A DNA stretch of 64,000 nt from Thecamonas trahens ATCC 50062 (lineage: Eukaryota; Protista; Apusomonadida): contig NW_013657634.1 of assembly GCF_000142905.1 (NCBI RefSeq), positions 186,001 through 250,000 on the forward strand, written 5' to 3'. The translations under genes were made by a program, and so were the position numbers. Below the pieces are notes generated by a model, which made no database searches, was not told the DNA's origin, and saw only the letters and a list, made by a program, of their open reading frames with translations. Of the stretch, positions 19,697 to 31,213 are shown in pieces; position 1 is the stretch's first letter; each line of letters begins with the position of its first letter.

Positions 19697-21029
19697 ATGT
19701 CGTCGCGACGGGCGCGGACGACGGATTCGGCGAGGTCAAGTCGCAAGCAGCAGAAGCGGCTCGACGGGAGACGGGCAAGGGCAAGGGCAAGGGCTGGCAG
19801 GCTGGCGGGTGGTGTTCTCGCAAACCTGTCCCGAGAGTGAGCGGGTGGTGCTGGCGGCCGAGCTGGCGAGCGTTGGCGCCAAGGTGCTCAAGACGCTCTC
19901 CAAGCGGATCGACGTGTTTGTGCAGGGCTACAACTACGAGGACGACGATCGGCTGGCCCAGGCCATGCGGCTAGGCATCGTGGTTGTACCCGAGGCCTAC
20001 GTCCGCGGCTGTCTCGCAGCAGGCTGCGTTCTCGACTGGCGCCGGTTTGCGCTTGTCGGCGCCCTCGACGGCTCGATGGACGACAATGCCGTGGCGGGCT
20101 ACTTTGGACTGGACAATCAGGCGCTGATGGCACACTTTCCACACGCGCCACGACATGTGCGCGAGGATGAGGAGCTGCCGCAGCATGTGTGCGAGTTTGA
20201 GGTCATGGACCGGGTCGCGCCGCAGCCCGGGACCAAGGACGTCTTTGCCATCATGCCCATCGTGACGCGCAAGCCGGGCACTGGCTCCTTTGCACAGAGC
20301 TGGGGCAAGGCGACGTTTGCCCAACTCGGAGGCAAAGTGCAGATGAAGCGGCTAGTCGCCTTTGTCAAGGTCTTCTTTGGCATGCAGGTCCGCATCGAGC
20401 CTCCGGCAGAGCTTGACAACAGCGCCCGGAGTTGCAAAGACGGAACCGTCGATCTCATCATGGGCAAGTATGCGTATCCGCTGAGGGTCCGCAAGGTCGA
20501 CGGCCGCGCCGCGGTCCATGCCATGGACGCCATCGCGGTCCTCGATGAGAACATCCCACAAGACGCCTTTTGCCTTGTCGGCATCTTTGCTGACGATCTG
20601 TATGAGGCTGACGACGACGAAGACGTCTCGGGCATTCTTCTTGGCCGGGCAACCGGCAACGGCAGCGCCGTGGTCAGCACTGCGCACTTTGGTGGTGCGG
20701 CAACCCGGGCCGGCTTTGCCCACTTGCTGGGCACCCTCGCCCACGAGGCCTCGCACATGTTCGGCCTCGACCACTGTCCGTTCCACCTCTGCATCATGAA
20801 CGCGATGCTTCCCGACGAAAGCGATCCAGACTCGGGCTCACTCGGCTATTGCCCGTACTGCCTCCGCAAGATGGATCTCGCCGTCGCTTCGCTCGACCCC
20901 TCTGCCCGATACGCCGCCCTTGCATCTACCTACGCCGCGCTCGGCCTCGACCGCCACGCATCTTGGATAGACTCGATCATGGATGCCTGCCACGTGCCGC
21001 AACTCCCTTCCGCCCCGTCGGGCGATTGA
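19697..21029 (+). CDS. BRCT domain + archaemetzincin (peptidase M54) zinc metalloprotease; 5' end uncertain
   Basis: Exact M54 signature HEASHMFGLDHC-x4-C-I-M-x17-CPYC. BRCT-like LAGWRVVFS...GAKV...AMRLGIVVVPEAYVRGC. The frame is open from 19695, but the nearest ATG (19697) is out of frame. Confidence 0.8.
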
Positions 21030-21043
21030 GAGAGCTTGACACA

Positions 21044-24000
21044 ATGAACGCCGTACGTGAGCGTAGGCTGGCCGAGCCAGCCGCCGCCGCCGCCGTCCAC
21101 CGGCGTCACCAGCCACCACCACCCCACCACCACTCCACCCCAGCCACCACCACTCCACCCTCGCCGCATGCACTCATGGCAACCCCTCACCGCAGTCGGC
21201 GTCCTCGGGCACGCCGCTGTTCTCGGTCAGGCTAGTTAGCATCGACAGCTACACCGCGCCGCCGCTGGACTCGCACGACGACGGCTTCTCCGACTTTGGC
21301 TCGCGCGCCATCCACAGGGTCCCGGTCATCCGGGTCTACGGCGCCACGCCCGCCGGGCAAAAAGTCACCGCTCACATCCACGGCGTTTACCCGTACGCCT
21401 TCATCCCGCTGCCACACGATCTGGCCAACGCGGACTCGCTGGTTCCGGTCCACGCCTTCATCCAGCGCCTGGCTGTAGCCATCGAGGATGCGCTCAATGG
21501 TGCGGCCAGTGGCGGCGGAGGAGGCGGAAAGGGGCCTGCGCGTTCGGCATCGGTCGATCAGCATGTTCGTGCCATCACGCTTGTGCGAGGCAAGCCATTC
21601 TACGGCTACGCCCGCGCCGACGCCGTCTTTCTCAAAATCGAGCTCCTCTCGCCGTACTCGCTCGGCGCCATGGTCAAGCTCATGCGCGAGGGCCTGATCC
21701 TCGGTCGCGTCATGCAGCCGTACGAGGCCCATGTTCCGTACCATCTCCAGTTTTGTATCGACTACAACCTCTATGGCATGGGTTTTCTCAACGCCGACGC
21801 TGTCGCTTTCCGCTCGCCGATCTTGTACAAGGCCGACGCCGACTGGCGGCTTGGCCCGACGCCGATCGACGACGACACCGCCGTCGCCCATCCCACGCCA
21901 GGCTCGTTTGCCATCCCGCTTGATACCTCGCCGCCGACCCACGCCCGCCTCTCGCAGCTCAAGATTGCGTACCGGGTGTGGACTGCCGAAGCGCTCGTCC
22001 CCGACCAGCGCATGCCGACGTCGGTCCAGCGGCTCTCGACCACCGAGCTCGAGGTCGACATCCGCGCTGCCGACATTGTCAATGCCCGCACCATCCCATC
22101 CGGTGACCTGGCAGTCGACTCGGGCGTCAAGCTCGTGCCGTCGCTCGCCGCCATCTGGGAGGATGAAGCGCTTCGCCGGGCGCTGTCCGGTCAGGAACCG
22201 GCGCCGACGCCGCCAGACCCTCCGCCGCGCTCGCCCATTGTTCATGAGTGGGTCGAGCCAATTCTCGGCGACCTGGCTTCGCTTGTCGCCGGCCACTCGC
22301 CGCCGGTGGCTGACGAGCTGCCGCCGCTGCTGGCGGCCTCGCCGACCACCAACTCTCAGGCCTCGTCGACCCACGCATCGCAACTCTCGTTTGATCTCGA
22401 GTCGGCGCTCGGCATCTCGGGCTCGCCGTCTGAACCGCACGTCGCGGGCATGCAGCTTGCGCTCGACGACGATGCCGACGATGGCGAGAATGCTCCACAT
22501 TCGCAGCCCGCCTTCGGTGCCCTCGACGAGCTACTTGCCTGGGCACACGCGTCCGAGTCAAGCTCGGCGTCCGAGTCAGACGCCGACAACAATCTCACGG
22601 CCGAGGCCTATGCGGCTGCCATGATGACTCTGGCATCCTCGATTCAGCTCGACGGTGGGAGCAGAGTTGGCGAAGGAAGTCGAGGCACCTGTCGCCACCG
22701 CAAATCCCGCCGCAGGCCTGTGCAGCCGCCGCTGGAGACGCCGATGACAGTGGTTGCGAGCCAACTGCCGGCCCCGCCGGCAGCGCTCGCCCGACCTTGT
22801 GTTCACCACTCGGATGCACTGCCGGGCACGCGGTTCTTTGACTCACTCGCGCTCTGGGATCCGGCACCGGCATCAGCGACTGCGCCGCGACTCTCTAATG
22901 CTGCGTACTGCTTTCGCGACCCACTCCCACGGCCGAGCTCGCCAACGGCGGCATCGGCTCACCGCCATCGCCGCACCACGCACTGGGTTCCGGCAGCGCG
23001 GCCACCAGCCATGACCAGCCTCCCGCGTCTGGCGTATGTTCACCCGCGGATCCACTTTTCCGACCCGGCCGACATGGGCCGGCGAATCACGGTGTCGGCG
23101 GGTCGGACGTTCCGGCATATGACGACGCCGTACCCAGTGCCAGACTCGGCTCCGGTGCCTGTGCTCCGGCCGTGTGTGGTGGCTCACACTGCCGCGGTTC
23201 AGACTCATGTCCCGATCCAACTCCCGCCGTCGCCCGGGGCACTGAGCGCTCGGGCTGAGGGTGGTGGGCGCGTGTCCAGAGGAATCAAGCCGCTGCTTCA
23301 TACCGGGACGACAACGAAGCGCTCACAGACGCCGTCGCAGATCATGACGCTCAATGACAACCAGCACCTGACGACGCTCTCGCTGGAAGTGGTATTCACG
23401 ACCCGCAAGGAGCTGCTGCCGGATCCGCGACTCGATCCACTGGTGGCGGTAGCATACACAGTTGGCGACGATGACCTCGCATTGGCGCGCGGCGCGCCGA
23501 GCTACATCCGTGGCGTAATGGCGGTGACAAAGGCCGGGGACGGCGGCGATCCGCGGCGGTACGGCCTCGATCGCAGCGTCCGGTACCGGAGCGTCGCCAA
23601 CGAGCAGCTGCTCATCGAGGCGGTGGTCGAGCTTGTTCGGCAGATGGACCCGGACATCTTGACCGGGTACGAGGTCCAGCAGTCTTCTTGGGGCCTCCTC
23701 ATTGAGCGCGCGGGCGTGCTCGGATACAATTTGTGCAAGTTGCTTGGCCGGTGCGGCGGAGCCGGAGCCAACTACTACGACGCGGCGGCAAACCGCGACG
23801 CGTATGGACTCTCGCACAACTCGGGTATTCACGTCTCGGGAAGAATTGTGCTCAACGCGTGGCGGCTGCTGCGGAAAGAGCTCACGCTGCGGATGTACTC
23901 GTACGCCGCGGTTGTCGAATCAGTCCTCCACACGCGGGTACCTGTCTATCCTCCCGCCCGGGTGACCCGATGGTGGCTGGCGGGCTCGCGACGACGGGTG

Positions 24001-25836
24001 GCGGTGCTAGACTTGGTACTGGCGCGCTCCGGTCATGTGCTGGCCATCTTTGACAAGCTCAACTTTGTTGGGCGGACGTCGGAGCAGGCACGGGTGTTTG
24101 GCATCGACTTTTTCTCGGTTCTCTCGCGCGGCTCGCAGTACCGTGTGGAGAGCATGCTGATGCGGCTGACCAAGCCGCGGAACTACGTGCTTGTCTCGCC
24201 GTCGCCGGAGCAGGTGTCTGCGATGGCGGCAGCGCAGGCGGTGCCGCTCATCATGGAGCCAGTCTCCCGAGTCTACACCGATCCTGTCGTTGTCCTTGAC
24301 TTTGCCTCGCTCTATCCGTCGGTCATCATTGCTCACAACTACTGCTACTCGACAACGCTCGGGCGGGTGTCGGGCGCAGAGACCAAGGAACTTGGCGTGG
24401 TGACGGCATATCATCTGGCAATGGGCGAGACGGCGCGTCTGGCGCGGAGCGAGGCTCTGGTGGCGGCGCCCAACTCGGTGCTCTTTACCAAGCCGGAGCT
24501 CCGGCCGGGCGTCTTGCCCAAAATGCTCTCCGAGTTGCTGGAGACGCGGGTGATGGTGAAGAAGGCGCTGAGCAAGGCGCGGGCGGCGGGGCACGAGGCT
24601 CTGGCGCGAATGCTTGATGCGCGACAAGAGTCGCTCAAGCTCATTGCCAACGTGACGTATGGCTACACGACGGCGTCGTTTTCAGGCCGAATGCCAATGA
24701 TTGAGCTCGCGGACGCGATTGTTCAGACCGGGCGCGAGACGCTCGAGGATGCGATCCGCTACATCGAGGCGAACGCGGACTGGGGCGCGCGGGTGGTGTA
24801 CGGCGACACCGACTCGGTGTTTGTACGGCTGGCAGGGGCGTCCAAGATGGACGCCTTCCGGATTGCGCGCGAGATTGCGGCGCAGGTGACGGCGCGGTAC
24901 AAGGCGCCGATCCGGCTCAAGTTTGAAAAGGTATACCTGCCGTGCGCACTGCTGACCAAAAAGCGTTACGTCGGCTACGCGTGGGAGGACGAGGGCCAGA
25001 CCGAGCCGATTTTCGACGCCAAGGGCATCGAGACGGTGCGACGCGACACGGCCCCGGTGACGTCACGGATTCTAGAAAAGGTCTTGCGGGTTTTGTTTGA
25101 GACGTCGGATGTGAGCGCCATCAAGGCTGTGCTCAACAGCGAGTGGCGGGCGATCCACGCCGACGCGCTCGACATGCGCGAGTACATGTTTGCCAAGGAG
25201 GTCAAGCTCGGGTCGTATGCCGCTGGGCGGGTTCCACCGCCAGTCGCGTTGGTAGCGCAGCGGCGGATGCGCCGCGACCCGCGGGCCGAACCGCGGTACA
25301 AGGAGCGGGTCCCGTACCTGGTGGTGTACGGCCCGCCGGACGCCAAGCTGTACGAGCAGGTTGTCGATCCGCGCGAAGTGCTTCGTGACCTCTCGCTGGT
25401 CATCAATGCCAAGTACTACTGCGTCAACAACGTCAACGCTGCTCTCGATCGAGTCCTCTCGCAGATCGGTGTCGACGTCGCCATGTGGTACGCGCGGCTG
25501 GGCAAGATCCGGCGCGCAGCTGGCGACAGGCCACGCGCTACGCGTGACGAGCCCGGCGCCACCATTGCCACATTTTTCGCGTCGCGCCTCTGCCCAGCCT
25601 GCCGCGAGGCCGACGTCATCGGCACCGCCGACTACTGCACCACCTGCGCCGCGTCGCCGGTCCTCGCCCGCTATCGCGTCGCTATGCGCGCCCATGCGCA
25701 AGAGCGCGAGCGTGCTCGCCTCCGCGCCATCTGTCTCAAGTGCGTCGGCGAAGCCGCCGGTGTCGAAGGCGTCGATGCTTGCGTCGAGATCGAATGCCCT
25801 GTCTTGTGGGCGCGGCGTAAAACCTATCTCTGGTGA
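21044..25836 (+). CDS. REV3: DNA polymerase zeta catalytic subunit; proposed join(21044..21052,21196..25836)
   Basis: REV3 N-terminus FSVRLVSIDSY...VPVIRVYGATPAGQKVTAHIHGVYPY lies in frame upstream of the tracked ORF. PolB motifs DFASLYPS, KLIANVTYGY, YGDTDS; LSRGSQYRVES; C-terminal CysA/CysB. Proposed intron GTACGT..CTCACCGCAG (21053-21195) supplies an in-frame ATG. Confidence 0.93.
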
Positions 25837-26043
25837 GTGAGATATCGCCGCCGCTAGAGAGAGGGAGAGACAGTGTGTGTGTGTGTGTGTGTGATGGAGT
25901 GAGGGAGTGAGGGTGTGGATGAGATGTTCCATTGGAGCTGCTGTCGAACCGGTGAGAACACTGCAAAGAGCACCCCCACACACATACACACATACACACA
26001 CTAATCACTTGACTCAACAGACGCTCACATAGCGGGCCACATC

Positions 26044-27024
26044 ATGGCAGCTGGAAGCGACGATGCACAGGAAGCTGTGGTATTCGGGACCGGGTCCGGA
26101 GCGAGGCGAAGTGGTTCCAGAGACGGCGGCAGTGCTAGTGGAGGCGGACAAGGTGGCGAGCTGGAAGGCCGACAGCCGTATGATTACTATTTGGTGTTTG
26201 ACGTCGAGGCGACGTGTGAGGCCGAGCGGAACAGCAAGTACCCGCATGAGATCATTGAGTTCCCGGTGGTGGTCATGACAGGCGAGGGCGAGATCCTGGA
26301 GAGCCCACGGTTCCACACATACCTCAAGCCGACGACCAATCCCATCCTCTCCGAGTTCTGCACTGAGCTGACCGGAATCACCCAAGATCAAGTCGATGCC
26401 GGCATGGGCTTTGAGGAGATGCTTCACGCCCTGGATGCCTGGCTCGACGACAACGAGTTCTTTACCGCTGCCAAGCCGACTGTCTTTGCCTGTGATGGCC
26501 CCTGGGACGTCCGCGACTTTGTGGCTGGCGAGTGCAAGCGCAAGCGCGTCGAGTTTCCGTGGTACATGCGGTCGTGGGTCGACATCCGCCACACATACCA
26601 TCGCCACTACCGAAACGGCGCCCGCAGGCTCAATGGCATGCTCGAGGCGATCGGCATGGAGTTTGAGGGCCGGGAGCACTCGGGCATGGACGATGCCATC
26701 AACATTGCCCGCCTGGCGTCTGCCATCATCCGCGACGGCGGCAGCCTTGCTGTCAACCGCGTTGTCGACCGCCGTCGCGCCCTCGACGACGACCAAGTCT
26801 CGCGCGTCCTCTTTTACTCGTACGACTTTGCGACGATCTCCGACTTTGCCGCCGACGAGCTCATCGCCGCCCATCCCGCCCACGCGCCACGGCTACAGGC
26901 CTTCCGCGTCGCCCGCGCCGCCGCCGCCAAGGCCACACACCTCGCCAAGACCCGCAAGCAGCAGGCCCGTCGCAATGCGAAGCGCAAGCGCGGCAAGCAC
27001 AAGAAGCACGGCCGGCGGCGGTAG
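26044..27024 (+). CDS. ERI1/ERI2/ERI3-family DEDDh 3'-5' exoribonuclease with basic C-terminal tail
   Basis: YLVFDVEATC, EIIEFP, LSEFCTELTGITQ, DGPWD, EGREHSGMDDAINIARL. Confidence 0.92.
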   Translation: MAAGSDDAQEAVVFGTGSGARRSGSRDGGSASGGGQGGELEGRQPYDYYLVFDVEATCEAERNSKYPHEIIEFPVVVMTGEGEILESPRFHTYLKPTTNPILSEFCTELTGITQDQVDAGMGFEEMLHALDAWLDDNEFFTAAKPTVFACDGPWDVRDFVAGECKRKRVEFPWYMRSWVDIRHTYHRHYRNGARRLNGMLEAIGMEFEGREHSGMDDAINIARLASAIIRDGGSLAVNRVVDRRRALDDDQVSRVLFYSYDFATISDFAADELIAAHPAHAPRLQAFRVARAAAAKATHLAKTRKQQARRNAKRKRGKHKKHGRRR

Positions 27025-27236
27025 TATCCCCTCTTCCCCCCGCCTCCATCCATGAGGCTCACCATTAGCTTGTTATCAAAGGCCCACAGCACGACCTTCA
27101 GCTTCAGCCTTCCATCATCGCATAGTGTGCATGGGAGGGGAGGGGGGGGGGGGCACCAGAGTTCCACGTTTCCGGGATTCGGGGCGTGGGGTCAGAGGTC
27201 ACCGCACTCCACCCCACCACCATCACCAGCACCACC

Positions 27237-29273
27237 ATGACGTGGACGGCGGTGTTTATGGTAGCGGTGGCGAGCATGGTCATGGCTGTGCTTGGGTACC
27301 ACGCACCGCTCCAGCTGAACCAGATTCAAGGCGCAGGAATCCACAATGGCTACCACCTTCCGCCTGTCCGGCCTCTTCCGCGGTGGAACATGACGGCGCC
27401 GACCTTTGCCGACGCCATGGGCCCGCTGCGGGCGACCCATGTCGAGCTGGACGTCCATCTGCGGAACGACGGTTCCACGGCTTCAGGCTTTGCCTTTGAC
27501 GTCTATCACATTGCTGGCTATGACGCACGCTCGAGGTGCTCCGACCTCGAGTCGTGCCTGGTGCACTGGCTCGCCGCTCGCGTCGCCTCGGACCTCCCGG
27601 AGCCCGACATCAACCACATCCAGTGGGCCACCGTCATCCTCGAGCCCAAAGGCCCGCTGCCGTGGAAGCTGCCGGCACTGGTCGAGCTGGCACAGTTGCT
27701 GGAGCGGGTCTTTGGCCCGCACGTCCTCGGCCGCTCCGCTCTGCTCGCCGCCGCAAAGCCGGTCGGCAGCGCGGCCCAAGCTCCGGCCACGCTTCACGAC
27801 ATGGCCACGTCGGGCGCGTGGCCGCAGCTGCATGCGCTCGCCGGCAAGACGCTGGTACTCCTCATGGACCCCGGATCTACCATGTACATGGCATACGGTG
27901 ACGCTGTGCCGGATGCGCTCGTCCGCCTCGTCGACGTGGCCGGCAAGGACGAGCCCGACGCAGCATTTATCAAAGTTGACGACCCGGTGAGTCCGGGTAT
28001 TGCCGACCTTGTCAAGGCCGGCTACATGGTGCGCACCCGCGCCGACGCCGAGTACGTGCCGTGGCTGCAGACTGACGACCAGATCCTACAGGCCTACGTA
28101 GAAGTCATCGACACGAACGCGTCCGGGCGGGTGTCGACAAGCGAGATCCGTGCCTTCCTCGCGGCGCTGGACGTGGTCTCGCCGGTCCTGGAGGCCAACC
28201 TCGATGCAGCTGCCGCCGGGTGCGGCGACATCGGGACCGGGCTCGACGCCGCAGGCCTCGGCTGCGTTCGCGACGCCCTGGTTGCCGTCGACCCATCGGC
28301 AGCGTCGCTCATTCCAACGCCTGCCATGCTCACGCCCCCACTGGAGGCCATGGAGGCTCGCCAGCAGCAGGCCATCATCTCGGGTGCGCACTTTGTCTCG
28401 ACCGACTATCTGTTCTCACGGTATGTGTCGCCGGCGCCGGCGTATGCGACTAAGCCTGATCCGTACGTTGTCTCGTTTGCAGCCGGGCCGAGCGGCGGCT
28501 ACTTGTGCAACCCAGTGACGGCGCAGTTTGAAGCGCCGCTCTCGTGCTCGTCGAGCCACGCCAACAAGGCCGCCGCGGGCACTTGCCCGCCCAACTGTGC
28601 CACCTGCGCCAACACCGATACTTGCTCGGTGTGCAAGCCGGGCTACACTGCCACCGGCAAGTACCAGGACCCGTCCGCCAACACAGTTGCCTGCGCCGAC
28701 TCGAGCCAGACAACCAGCGCAGCGGCCAGCCCCGCGAGCAAGTCGGGAGCATCGACAACAGCAACCATTGTGCTTGTGGCGGTCGCCGCCGGTGCTGTCT
28801 GCATCGTCACTGCATGTGTCGGCTACCGACTCACGCCCAAGCACAAGTATGCCGCCCCAAGTGAGCTCCGAGAGCGCGAGCTCGAGGCACCGCTCGTCGC
28901 CAACCGCCCGGCGCCGGTCCTGCCGTCTGACTACTCGACGCCGTCGTTCTCGTCATTCACTGACGAGCCGATCGGCCTGCCCGGCGGTGCTTCCGGCTCG
29001 GATTCGGAAATCTCAGACCTCCCGCCAGCTCATTGCTCGTCAGGCTCGGACCTTCCGGAGCCGCGCTCAGCCAGCCACGACAGTGCGGACATGGAGCTGG
29101 AGGACAAGCCCGCTCACGGTTGGGCGTCGGACTCGGACCGGGACTCGCCCACGTTTTCATCAACCGGCTCGGTCGACATGACTGCCGTCCAGCTCGCCAC
29201 CGCTGCGCCCGATCAAGCCACCGCGCCTGCCACCCTCGATCCCATCCCGCCGCTCTCAGAGCCGCCCAAGTAG
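27237..29273 (+). CDS. Type I membrane protein: signal peptide, bacterial-type Ca2+-dependent PI-PLC-like domain with EF-hand insert, Cys-rich (furin-like) module, TM, S/D/P-rich tail
   Basis: GIHNGYH, VELDVH, VYHI..D..SRC..L..CL, ILEPK, WPQL..LAGK, GYMVRTRAD, SGAHFVSTDY; EF-hand DTNASGRVSTSE; CPPNCATCANTDTCSVCKPGY; TM IVLVAVAAGAVCIVTACVGY. Confidence 0.75.
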   Translation: MTWTAVFMVAVASMVMAVLGYHAPLQLNQIQGAGIHNGYHLPPVRPLPRWNMTAPTFADAMGPLRATHVELDVHLRNDGSTASGFAFDVYHIAGYDARSRCSDLESCLVHWLAARVASDLPEPDINHIQWATVILEPKGPLPWKLPALVELAQLLERVFGPHVLGRSALLAAAKPVGSAAQAPATLHDMATSGAWPQLHALAGKTLVLLMDPGSTMYMAYGDAVPDALVRLVDVAGKDEPDAAFIKVDDPVSPGIADLVKAGYMVRTRADAEYVPWLQTDDQILQAYVEVIDTNASGRVSTSEIRAFLAALDVVSPVLEANLDAAAAGCGDIGTGLDAAGLGCVRDALVAVDPSAASLIPTPAMLTPPLEAMEARQQQAIISGAHFVSTDYLFSRYVSPAPAYATKPDPYVVSFAAGPSGGYLCNPVTAQFEAPLSCSSSHANKAAAGTCPPNCATCANTDTCSVCKPGYTATGKYQDPSANTVACADSSQTTSAAASPASKSGASTTATIVLVAVAAGAVCIVTACVGYRLTPKHKYAAPSELRERELEAPLVANRPAPVLPSDYSTPSFSSFTDEPIGLPGGASGSDSEISDLPPAHCSSGSDLPEPRSASHDSADMELEDKPAHGWASDSDRDSPTFSSTGSVDMTAVQLATAAPDQATAPATLDPIPPLSEPPK

Positions 29274-29425
29274 CAGGGCGGGCAAGAGTGACAAAAGTAA
29301 GCGTGGCTGCGACGAGCTGGCGTCCGCGTGGAAGCTGACTCGCCGGACCCGAGCCTCGACCCATTTTCAGCGGCCATTTGGCCAAACCCAAACGGGTCGA
29401 CCACCCCTCTCCCCTTCCCCCCACC

Positions 29426-31024
29426 ATGCTCGACGAGTACATCGAGACACTGCGGCAGTGCAAGTACCTGCCCGAGAATGACCTCAAGAAACTGTGCCAG
29501 ATTGTACGTCCTCAATACGAGCAGCTATCTGCTGCCGTCTCCCGTCGCCAAGGTGTTCCCAATGCCCAAACTAGGCCAACCAGCGCCGGTCTCGCTCCCC
29601 CCCCCCCCGTCCTCCTCCCCGCCACACACATGGCCCGTGACGAGGGAGGAAATGCCCCTTTGGATGCAAAGGACATACATGCGTAGTCAGAGACCTATGG
29701 CGGATGGCGGTGTGGTGGTTTCCTCCGCGTAACCCTCCCAGTCAAGCCCCATACCCCCCTCCCCTCCCCGCCCCTCTGGTGGTGTTCCTGGCCGGCGATG
29801 GCGTGGGCGAGCCGCGCGGGCGCGGGCCGGCGCGATCGATGGCGGCGAGTGGAGACCAGAGTGTGGTGGGCACGGGGCGCAGCAGGGCCCGGGCTTGGTG
29901 CAGAGGCAATGGAGTGGGAAGAGGGGGGGATGAGGGGGTAATGGAGCCCGAGGTGGGGTTTGTGTCCCTGGGAGGCAAGAAGAACGGGGGCGGGGAGGGG
30001 GGGGGGGGGGGGGGCCGGCAGCTGGCATGGAACACCGGTTTTTGCCATTGGGCTGCTGATCGGCACGGCCTTTTCCTGGTGCGGCTGGGGGGGGGGGAGG
30101 GGGAGAACCAAGGACTTGGAGGAACGGCAGGAGGGGACTCACAGGCGAGGGATGTGGACGGGGTCTGTGTGAAACGGTGATGAACGAGGGCAGGTGAAGG
30201 AGCAGCTGCTTGAAGAGTCGAACGTGCAGCCTGTGCATGCGCCTGTGACGATCTGCGGCGACATCCACGGGCAGTTCTACGACCTGCTGGAGCTGTTTGA
30301 GACGGGCGGGCCGATTCCGGAGACGTCGTACATCTTTATGGGTGACTACGTCGACCGCGGGTACTACTCGCTTGAGTCGTTCTCGCTTCTTCTTGCGTAC
30401 AAGGCGCGGTACCCGAACAAGATCACGCTGCTCCGCGGAAACCACGAGTCGCGGCAGATCACGCAGGTCTACGGGTTCTACGATGAGTGCGTGTCCAAGT
30501 ACGGGTCGTCGAACGCGTGGCGGTTCTGCACGGAGATCTTCGACTACCTCACGCTTGCCGCCGTGGTGGACGGCAAGATCCTGTGTGTGCATGGCGGGCT
30601 CTCGCCGGACGTGCGGACGCTCGACCAGATCCGCACCATCCACCGGATGCAGGAGATCCCGCACGAGGGCGCGTTCTGCGACCTGCTGTGGTCAGACCCG
30701 GAGCACATCGAGACGTGGGCCATCTCGCCGCGTGGCGCAGGCTGGCTCTTTGGCTCCAAGGTCACCCGTGAGTTCAACCAGATCAACGGGCTCAACCTCA
30801 TTGCGCGGGCGCACCAGCTTGTGCAGGAGGGCTACAAGTTTATGTTTGAGGAGAACTCACTGGTCACCGTCTGGTCGGCACCCAACTACTGCTACCGCTG
30901 CGGCAACGTGGCGTCGATCATGCAGGTCGACGACTCGCTCAACACCACGTTCAAGGTCTTTAACGCCGTTCCGGACTCGCAGCGCGTTGTCCCCACACGG
31001 ACCGCCACGCCGTACTTTATGTGA
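29426..31024 (+). CDS. PPP6C: Ser/Thr phosphatase 6 catalytic subunit (PP6/Sit4); join(29426..29503,30194..31024)
   Basis: Exon 1 [13 protein letters not shown] is PP6-diagnostic. Intron GTACGT..CAG, phase 0. [29 protein letters not shown]. Confidence 0.95.
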
Positions 31025-31104
31025 TCTTGACGTTTCTCTGCAAAGCCGCCAGATGGAGCGAGTGAACGAAGCTGTTTGACCAGGCTGCGCTGACCTCACA
31101 CTTG

Positions 31105-31153
31105 TCACACACACTCCCCCCCCCACACACACTCACACGCACGCACACACACG

Positions 31154-31185
<32 letters not shown>

Positions 31186-31193
31186 CACACACA
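31105..31193. repeat. (CA)n-rich microsatellite upstream of the GT23 gene
   Basis: Seen directly. Confidence 0.9.
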
Positions 31194-31213
31194 TATTGTA
31201 GCTAAAGATACGT

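Noticed and set aside
21583-25836. Family B polymerase as a viral or Polinton element
   Set aside because: It has the REV3-specific N-terminus and C-terminal Cys motifs, and there are no capsid, integrase or terminal repeat signals nearby.
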